DNA of 61,532 bases, filler included, from Streblomastix strix (taxonomy: Eukaryota), in the NCBI GenBank assembly GCA_008636045.1. It is 4 parts of 4 records of this genome, joined end to end, with 100 filler letters (N's around TTAATTAATTAA, not from the genome) between each part and the next. Parts side by side here need not be neighbours in the genome. Positions count along the whole stretch, not along the records: positions 46,229 to 61,532 come from SNRW01001006.1; 3 more parts are not named here. One strand, given 5' to 3'. The translations under genes and the position numbers were made by a program. Below are positions 52,001 to 61,532 of this stretch, piece by piece (position 1 is the first letter of the stretch; the number at the start of each line of letters is the position of its first letter). Below the pieces are notes generated by a model that worked only from the letters and a program-made list of their open reading frames with translations, made no database searches and had not been told where the DNA came from.

Positions 52001-53716
52001 ATATGTGCAGGAAGAAGTATTCTCAACTTCTAATTTCTAATATTTATATTTATGTATAATATGTATTTTAGAAAGATTAAATGTGATGGATTACAGCCTT
52101 AATGTTCTGCTTGCAAATTGAAAAATGTTGAGTGTAAATATGAAAATCCAGTAAAACGGCGTGGTCCTCAAAGTAAGAAAGGTATCTCTTTAATATATTA
52201 ATGTTTATATTGATATTATATATATTTATTTATTTTACAAATTACTATCTCAGATGATCCTGAATAACACAATAAAGAAAATGAAGGACAAAATGTATCT
52301 GGGAAATCATAACCATAATTTCTTAATTCAGGATTAAACTCTTAAACGTCTATAAATTAAAGCAATATATAATAATCATATTACAAAAATACTGATTAAT
52401 CAACCATTTAAGATGTTGATGCTCTTTCTCAATTGGGTTTAAAAGGGGTAAATACTCCATTTTTAGATATTGGAAGGAATAAGCTCATTTATTTAGAAGT
52501 TTTTCGAAGATATATTAACCAAATTAATGGCTTCTTCTCCAATGATATGTCATACTTTGCTAATTTCCCATTCAAAACAATTGAACTTTTAAAGCACATC
52601 AAACAGGCGACTTTGAGAAGTAAATAAGCAGAAAAGGATAAGAAATAGGTTAAAAAATCATAAAATCTTGATCATCGAGATTAATAAGAATAAATTAAGT
52701 TAACTCGCTTAGATCATTTACTTCTGCACTACTTTGATGCACTTCATCTTCAATTTTATTCAATCATTGCAAAATCTGCTTAAATCCTTGGTCATAATGC
52801 TATGGAAAGATTTGCACAATAATAAGCCCTTATGTATTTTGGTGCTGCTTTAGATGTGATTTCGAGTATAATGAGTAGGAAAACTTTTCCTTTGACAAGA
52901 CTATACAGGAATACTTAACCAGTGTATGATATTTTAAACAGAGTTATTTCTTCTTATTAATATGGATTACCAAATGAATATAATGAAAGTTAATAGATTC
53001 AAAACATAAATATAAATAATTCACAAAAAATTCTAGAACAACAAAATTTAAATATTCATTCTCTAACTTAGGATGTTAATAAACAATAACAATTCAATTC
53101 TTCCTGTTGTCAACCTTCTCAAACTCTTCTTAAATGCCCTTTAAATAATAAATAAATAAATTCCAATGAAAGAAATAGCGAAAACCAATTAATGCAATTT
53201 ATGGAAATAGAAATGGATGGAAACATTAATTCTTTTTAGAAAGAAAATTAGCATTAAATGAATGATAGCCAGTTATATCAGTAACTACAAGAACCTTCTT
53301 TTTCATAATAATTTTCTTCTTAAGCTGTAAATTAATTTCCTTTTCCGAACAATGACATACTTCGTACTATATTAATCCACTCAGCAATTTCAAAGTTTAT
53401 TTTTTACTCACCAACAGAACTTCTTGAAGGATGTGTAGTAATAGAAATACTTAGAGGCATTAGTCTTCTTCAGAATACGTTTGTTTTTCTTAGAGGAGCT
53501 CCTAGTAGAAAAAATGAAACGATTTCTCAAATTGGAGATTAATTAGTAAAGAGTTAATACATGTAAGGATTATTGTATGGATAATTCGCTCCTTTCCATT
53601 AATTAGCTGCTCATCCAGATAATATTGTGAGTAATATTAATTAGAGACAAAAAGAATATGAAAAAGAAAAGAAGGAATATGAAGAAAAATAATAATAAGA
53701 TTTAGAAGATTTGAAA
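49052..53716 (+). repeat. ~2.3 kb tandem duplication (about 49052-51419 and 51485-53716) of the promoter and 5' part of the Zn2Cys6 gene
   Basis: Identical ORF-track entries at 49999 and 52433 (offset 2434), with few substitutions between the copies. Confidence 0.9.
49530..51500 (+). CDS. Truncated copy of the Zn(II)2Cys6 transcription factor (spans an assembly gap)
   Basis: Same N-terminus as 51964. Diverges after EDLK at ~51419 and stops at TGA 51498-51500. N gap at 50830-50838. Confidence 0.55.
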
Positions 53717-56700
53717 ATAAAAGAAAATAAATAAAACAACATTTAATTCTTAGAACTTATTTTTAATTAAAAATTATCAAATGAAATTAAACCATTAGAA
53801 TCATCAAAAGAAATCATATAGTAGTAGAAACAAAAACAATAAAAATTTCGTCAATTTGATAATGGTCTTGTTGAATATCCTAATTCATCTAAGATATTCA
53901 AAGAATCAATGATGAATAAAAGATAGCAATGGATTTAATATAATGAAATTATTAATATTAATAGTATTTAATAGAAATAAATGATAAAAGATACTCTCAA
54001 TACCAAATTGGACGATAAATAAACATAATATGAATCTTCTATAATCAAAGAATTGTAGAATAAATAAAAGATATCGAATGTTTATCAGAGGAATAAATCT
54101 TTCTCTCCATCTCCTTCATTTCCAATATTATTTCCTTTCTCTTCAACTTATTTGTAATCATTTACTCATTTAAATCCATAAATGCGAATAAATCAATCTC
54201 TTAATACTGGGCATAATATTCCTGAAATTCCTTACTAACCTCATTCTTTAATTGCTTATTAATAATCTACTTAAATACCATTGAATCAACTTCATTACAA
54301 TCATCATAATATGCATCCGAATCACTAAAATAATATCATGCATCATCCTGGATAATAACCTCGACAATTCTATACATTGTTATAAGCAGGGTAAGAATTA
54401 TAGATTTATTCATGTAAGACATGCTTGAGTGATTCATCTTCAAATTCAAATTAATCTTCAATCAATAAATAAAAATAAATACCTTCAGCTTTCTAAAATA
54501 TATCAGCAAAAACAGCAGGAGGATTATCTTTATTCAAAATCTATGAACAAACTTCAAATGGCGATAATGAATATGATAATGAAAACCAATAGAAATTGAA
54601 TAAAGAAGCAGGTATTAAGAATGATAAATAAGAATAAATAGTTAGTAGTTGGAATAAGAAATGTTGTTGTAATTCTTAATCCTCAAGTCATTAATAATAA
54701 TAATAATCAATTTAATAAGACAAAGATTCAAAAACAAACATATTTCATCATCTTCATCATAAATTCAATCCATCGCAAACTCCTTCTTCATATTCAACAT
54801 TATTCTCTTTAACAGATTCAATCTCATTGTAACACATTTGTAAATAATTTGAAGCGGCAATGTCTAATTAAATACAATTCTCAATTGCTGCTATAATAAA
54901 TGAAAAAATGGGAAATAGATAGTTATTGCCTGAATAATCATAAAAAGATTTGAATACTAATGTCATTTCAAATATGAATAGTAAATAGATATAAGAAGTT
55001 CATGGAAAAGAAAGAAACTTTGAAATACAAAATATAAATCAACAAGATGGAGGAATTAAGAGAAAAAGACTTAATTCCCCTCCTTCATAATAATAATAAT
55101 AATAATTTTAATCACTATCTTTGCTTCTTTCATCAACTTCTCCAAATTCATCTTTTCAGAGATTGCCATTATAATATGCTCGTTACATGTAATAAATATA
55201 CAACCAGAGTAATGTCTCAATAAGACAGCGTATTTTTGCAGGTATTTATTCCCTAATCTATACAATACGTGGTGCATTATTACCAATAGAATAATTATTG
55301 TATGAACCTGGCATTAGAATACTGAATATGTTACTTAATGTTGCAAGAAAGAGGATAAAGTATGAAAGAATGCAGTTTGAGAAGTAAAGTGGAATATATA
55401 ATGCAAAAGAAGTAGATGTCATGTTGAATACGAATGAAACTGAAGAAAAATAAATGATTAAAGATAATGAGAACATATATTAAATCAAAGAAGAAGAACA
55501 AATATCAATTAGTAGTCAAAATTAATCAGATTAAAGATCAAATCTGATTGAGATAGAGAAAGATGAAAAGATTGTTAAAGAAAAAGATTTCAACATTTAT
55601 TTACAAAACTGCGAAACAATGCGTCGTATTTCGCTTTGTATTCGCTAAATATAAAATGTTTAGAATTTGTTAATTGAACTTGGAGCAGTGAAGAAAGAAA
55701 GAATTGCGTGGCTTATTGCAGACGAAGATAAATATGAAGATGTAAATAAATAAGTGAGTAATAATAATATAATGGGTTAATAATTAATAAATGAATAAAG
55801 ATAAATAAAATCATAATGTAATAATAATACATAAAAGAACGAAAAAGTTGATTAATTTGAAGATGAAGATGAACCAATTAGATGGGCTTATAGATTATCT
55901 GGGATTGAATTAATCACTATATTTGATTTGAAAAAATAAAACTAACAATAAAATTCATAATAAGCATAATAAACAGATTCAAATATAAATAATAATTCAA
56001 TTAACAATTCGTCTAATTAAAAATCTTCAAATATTTCTAAAGATTCCAATATTTAATTCAAACTTCAAAAAGGCAAGAAATTGATTGCTGAACTGTCATT
56101 GTTCAATAGATTCAGAGATTTTGAAAACAGGAATGGTACAAAATATAGAAAAGGGAATGTTAATATGAATGAGAATAAATAAGAGATGTAAAAAGACGGT
56201 TAAGATAATGATAAGAAACATTTAAGTGAAAAAGATGATGAGGATGAAGAAGAAGATGATGATGATGTATTTGAGATTATTGATGATTCAGAGGATAAAG
56301 ATTATAAATTAGACAGCAGTGAGGACAATTTCTCATCAGACAGCAGAACATCAAAGAAATCAAGTAGATAGAAATCTAAAAAGAAATTAATTGAAAAAGA
56401 TAAAAAGAAAGAAAAAAGAAAATCAAGTTAGAAGAGTGATAATGCATTAAGTGAATAAAGTAATAATGAAAAAGAGATTAATGACAATGATAGTTAGAAG
56501 AATAGTAAAATATAAGGAGATAAAACAAAGAAGCATAAAAAGAAAAATAAAAAGAAGGAAGATAATAATAAAAGTCAAAATGATGATGAAGATGATGATG
56601 ATTTTAAATGTGACATATATTCAAATAAAGAAGAGATGATTCGAGATTTGAAGGAATACAATGGTAATAAAGAAATTGTTTATGAAGATGAAGAAGATTA

Positions 56701-59700
56701 TGAAGGTCTGAGTGAAGGTGAAATAGAAAAGAGGAAAAAATAAAAATAAGAAAGAATAGAAATGGAAGAAGAAGGAGAAGAAGAATTAATGGACGATGAT
56801 GATGGAGTATTCTTGGGTATTGATGATGAGGATGATGAAGCCCAGATTAAGAATGCAATTAAAAGAGAGAAGAAAGAAAGAAGGAGGTTGAGGAATAAGA
56901 AGAAGAGAAGGAAGAAGAAAAAGGATTTATTCACAATTAAGAAGAATTTAAAATAAAAAACTAATTAAGATATATCATCTTCAAAATCATAATAATAACC
57001 TTAATCATAAACATCACATTTATCTTCATATCTACGTCGTTAAATTAAATGCTCTTGTGGTACATAAGTTTGTGGTTGTGTTGACATCGATTTGACAATC
57101 TTCTTGAGACCAGTTCAACCATTTGTTGGAAATTTCTCTCCTTTATGTTCAATTGATTAGCTTGGAAATAACTAAAAACCTGAATAGAACAAGGATGAAA
57201 ATACAAATTTAAATATGAATGAAATAAAATAAGAAACTAATATTAATATCACTTAACCACAATCAACTAATACATAATAATCATCAACAATATAATCACT
57301 TATAATTCCATCATCGCCCCCACCTTCTCAATCTTTAACTCAATCTGTAACATAATCTGTAACATAATCTGTAACATAATCTGTAACATAATCTGTAACA
57401 TAATCTTTAACATAATCTATTCTTCCTTACTCATCTGTCCATCCTTCAATCCAATTATCATCTCTTGATCCTCCACTTCCACATTCATTCCCTTTGGACA
57501 CTCGATGTCGCTTCTCACACTTCTGCAGAAACAAGAATATTGATCTCTCTTCATTCCAATAAGAATATTGGAAGATGTCTGATGATTAGAGATTGAGTAT
57601 GGAGAATGAAGATGATGATTCTGACTCAGATTCTGATTCTGGTAGTGATACTGATGATGGGAAGAATTAAAAGAAGAAGAAGAAGAAAAAGAAGAATAAA
57701 TTATATTTTGTGTCTTAATTGAGCTAAAATCAAATTCCAATATCTGCAGCTCCATAAATGAGATTGAAACTGCTTCGCATCTGTGAAAAGAGAGGTAAGA
57801 AGAGATATGAATAATCATATTCATTTGTAAGATCAACAATTCGCGCAGTAATGAAGAATAGATAATTGCCTTCTATATTTGATACTTTAATTCAGAGAGC
57901 ATAAATACTATTATAAGTAAATGATGGATAAGTATAGCAAATTGAATAGAATGAAATTGTATAAGAGAAAGAAATGGAAAAAGATAATGTATAATTGAAA
58001 GAGTTAGAGAACGAATAATAAAATTAGAATGTAAATCAATGCTGTTGCATATCAACAAATAATAATTAGCAATAATAATCATCTTCATAACCTTAATTAA
58101 TCAAACAGGAATATATTCAATAATAACAAATTGAAAATTTAATAGAAGAGTTGAAATTAAATAAAATCAATGAAGAATAAGCAGGAAATATTCTTTCATA
58201 GGATTAATATAATATTTAATCCTAATAACTATCAAATTTCTATCATTTCCCTCCATCATTAGAATCCACTTCTTTATTAACTCCATCTGCTTCATTAGTT
58301 CTTGAATTCGGTCTTATAATATAACAGATACATTTGGCTGAAATATTTCTGTCTTTGGAGAAGATAGAACCAGCTCTTTATATTTGTAATGATGTAGTTA
58401 GAAAGATGAGGCGATTGTTGTGCCATAAAGGAATACTTGCATTTCTTGCTGTGCATTATTCCATGTAAATGCTGTCATAGACTGCAGTTATATTCAGAGA
58501 TGCATTATCAATGAGAAAGGAAAGAATACCAACTGCTTTTGAAGTGGAAAGAAATAAAGTTGAAAAAGAACTATAAAAAGAAGAAAAAGAAAACTAAAAA
58601 GCTTTGAAGGAAAAAGATTAAATTTAGGATGAAATTAAAATTGAAGAAAAATAGCGAGAATAGAATATTTGTTAGTTTTGCCAAAAAGATGGAAGTGTTT
58701 GTTAAGATAATTTTAAATCTGGTTGGGTATCTTGCTTTTATAGAGCTGATCCATAACTATTCAACTATTTATACAACTTCTTCAATTCGAGTATTGAAGA
58801 TGAACAAATTCTAAAAGATTCATACACTCATTTCTTTATTCTGTTGTAAATAATTTCAATTTTCAAAGATAAAAGAATTATCGGATAAATCTTTGTATCC
58901 ATTCTAACATTCTTTGATGAAGCTATCAAAGCTGCAAAATTACCCAATATTATTAAATAAAATGAGGATAAATAACTTAATTAATAAAAGAAAGAAAAAG
59001 AAAATTGTTAATAATGTTCATCATCAATGAGTACTCGTGACTAAAAAGATCAATAATAGACGACATAATAATAAGTTTTACATTCATGTTGTTGTTCATC
59101 TTCAACAATTGAATCAGATAAATAAAAAGATTAATAAATTAGCTCATAACAGAACTTATAATAAGATAAGGAAGATTAATAGAAATAATAAAAATGTAAT
59201 AATTGTGGGTGTGATAATTGCACATGTCCACCAAACCAATGTAATTGTTCAGAGATCAAATTAGACTTTCCTTCTCGGCCTCCATTTCTGTCAATTCTCT
59301 TCCTCAGGACTGTTACATTCTTCTTAACTCATTATACGCACATGCCTTCACCTGCTGATTCATTCCCTAAGGATGAGATGATTAGCTTGATGAATAATAA
59401 CTTTAACTATAATAATAACAGTTTTAATAATAGATAATATTAATATCAATATTAATATCAATATAATTTCAATTAAACTAACTCAGCTGTTCAATTTTCA
59501 TAGGATCAACAGCAGTAATAACAGCAACTATAATAATCCCAAATAGAATAGATATAAGTCCCATATGAATATGTCAGTGGGTTCGTCTATGTACATTATG
59601 CCAATCCACAGACATTTGATAACAATGAAGAAGACAGGGGATGGAGAATGAGGAGGAATTAGAGGAGGAATATGAATATACAGATGGAGAAAGAATAAGG

Positions 59701-61159
59701 GAAATAATTGGAGTAATAAAAAGAGAATGATTAATAGGAGAAAGATATGAAAATAGATAAAGAGAATTAGATAGAAAGTCCTGAAAAGAATAATTAAACA
59801 CCAAACTCTGAAAATGACATTGATATAAAACTGAATGGTAAAAGTAGAAATAGAGGGAAAGGCATTAGGATTATTTTATTTGAAGGAAACACTGATACTA
59901 TTAAAGAAGAAGAAGTTCAGTCATCCATGTTGAAAGATGATCAACACAAAAGAAAACTGAAAATATTGGTCCCTAAATCATAAATCTTTGAAATAGAAAG
60001 AGGATTAATATTATAGAATATTTATCATTCATAAGTTTAAGGATAAAATTAATCAATAATAAAATAGGGTGATTCTACTTCATAAACAACTGATACTTAT
60101 AACACTCCTCCTCTTCCAATTAAAGATGGAGCATAAATCAGATAAAATAGAACAGTATATGGAAATAAGAGACCAATAGATAGTTAAAGAATGGAGATAA
60201 AATTAGACAAATATTAAGAAGATAAAGATGACAATAAAACTCCTAAAATGGATAATATTAAGAAGAAAGTTGGAAGGCCAAAGAAGAGAACGAGATAATA
60301 ACTGGATAATACTGATGATGGATAAATTGAATTATAAGCAGAAGAAGCTGAAGAAGAAAGTGACAGTGTTTCAGATGACCCAATTCCTGTGAGCGGTTGG
60401 AAATAAGATCAACAATCACCAAGTTCTTAGAAAGCTAAATATAACACTAGAAGCCCTCGCACTCCAAATAGCACAAAATATAGCTCTAAAATTATTAATT
60501 CACAGAAAAGCAGTGCAAATAAAGAGTAAGAGAAACCAGTTCAAATTGGAAGACAATAAAATTAATATTACCAATCTGCAAATTAATATTCAGCATTGAA
60601 TACACAATTCCCTAATTTCTAGCCTTAATTAGCACCATTTCCAACTTTTCCAATAAATTACTAATACAATTAACCAACATAATAATATCCACTATCTTAT
60701 TCTTCATCTTCTTCATTTAACCCATAATATTCAACAATTCAATCAAATCCATCTTTTCCCCAAACTTCAATGCAGCCATTTCCCACTTTTCCACAATAAA
60801 CAACTAAATCATATACATAATCATATTCATTCCCATAATAAACTACTTCATATTCATATTAAAATAACAACATTGTAGCTCCAAGTGGCAGATCCATATC
60901 CCCATAACCTCAATTCTAGTAATATCTTCCTAATTAATATAACATTCAGAATCAAGTATAAGCAAATGAATATGGAGGATATATAAATAATGGAAATTAG
61001 AATACGTTTGATAGTTATGAAATGAATGGTGATTCATTAGACTTCACTTTGAGTATGGATGGAATATTTAATGATGAACTCAGTATGGGAAATGAGTATG
61101 GAGATTTAGAAGGAGATTCATTTGGAAACATGTATGATAGTAGCATGTAGAATTGGTGA
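51964..61159 (+). CDS. Very large (~3000 aa) Zn(II)2Cys6 (GAL4-type) transcription factor
   Basis: MSVNRLVAARACDMCRKK|KIKCDGLQPQCSACKLKNVECKYENPVKRRGP across two short introns, then a long exon that was open with TAR=Gln in the stretches translated. AT-hook-like KKVGRPKKR at ~60263-60289; acidic C-terminus; TGA 61157-61159. Confidence 0.85.
57338..57418 (+). repeat. 12-bp coding tandem repeat (ACATAATCTGTA; TQSV x ~6)
   Basis: Directly visible tandem repeat within the transcription factor ORF. Confidence 0.85.
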
Positions 61160-61532
61160 ACTATTTTTGGCTTTTGTTGATATAACGAAAAAAAATATGT
61201 AAACGTGTATAATTTTCTTCTATTCATACTCATTTATTATCATTATCTTACTTTACGGTTAATTTTTAGTAATATATTTTTTTAGTGGAATTTTCTTTTT
61301 TATTTAATTAATAATGCACATTTTTTAGTCTTTATTACATTTTTGTCTAATTTATTCATTTTATTTATTTATGAATGATCTTTATTACCCTTCATCATCA
61401 TCTAGAAATGCCAGGAAAATTATCTAGGTAACCACTCAAAAAAGTTGTTAAAAAGATTATTAAATCATACAAAAAATAAATTAAACCAGTTGATTCGCGT
61501 TCTTATAAACGAAAACTTAAGCGGAATGAAGA

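Overview
Very AT-rich eukaryotic DNA with short spliceosomal introns and the TAA/TAG=Gln code (TGA is the only stop), so the supplied standard-code ORF track is mostly fragments or shadow ORFs. Code and gene content suggest an oxymonad such as Streblomastix (inference). The window is four unlinked ~15.3 kb contigs joined by artificial N44-TTAATTAATTAA-N44 linkers. Contig 1 (1-15318): a NEK-like kinase/coiled-coil/SPRY-like gene and a large Q-rich gene. Contig 2 (15419-30723): a decayed DIRS-type retrotransposon and a decayed Polinton-like endogenous virus (pPolB, packaging ATPase, capsid candidate, fibres). Contig 3 (30824-46128): a beta-helix surface protein, a cyclin, a papain-like pseudo-peptidase, a decayed filamentous-haemagglutinin-like gene and a helical-repeat gene. 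Contig 4 (46229-61532): a multi-UBL/RING gene and a duplicated Zn2Cys6 transcription factor. Standout: the 3.9 kb 'intron' of the kinase-SPRY gene (4219-8083) is an array of 19 ~200-nt cassettes, each AG|NNN|GT (one donor mutated), i.e. candidate 3-nt microexons with variable triplets. All are in phase 1, no combination can create a stop, and they fall at one site of the SPRY-like domain. This looks like a splicing-based diversification system for a putative sensor kinase. All translations were done by hand and no database search was run.
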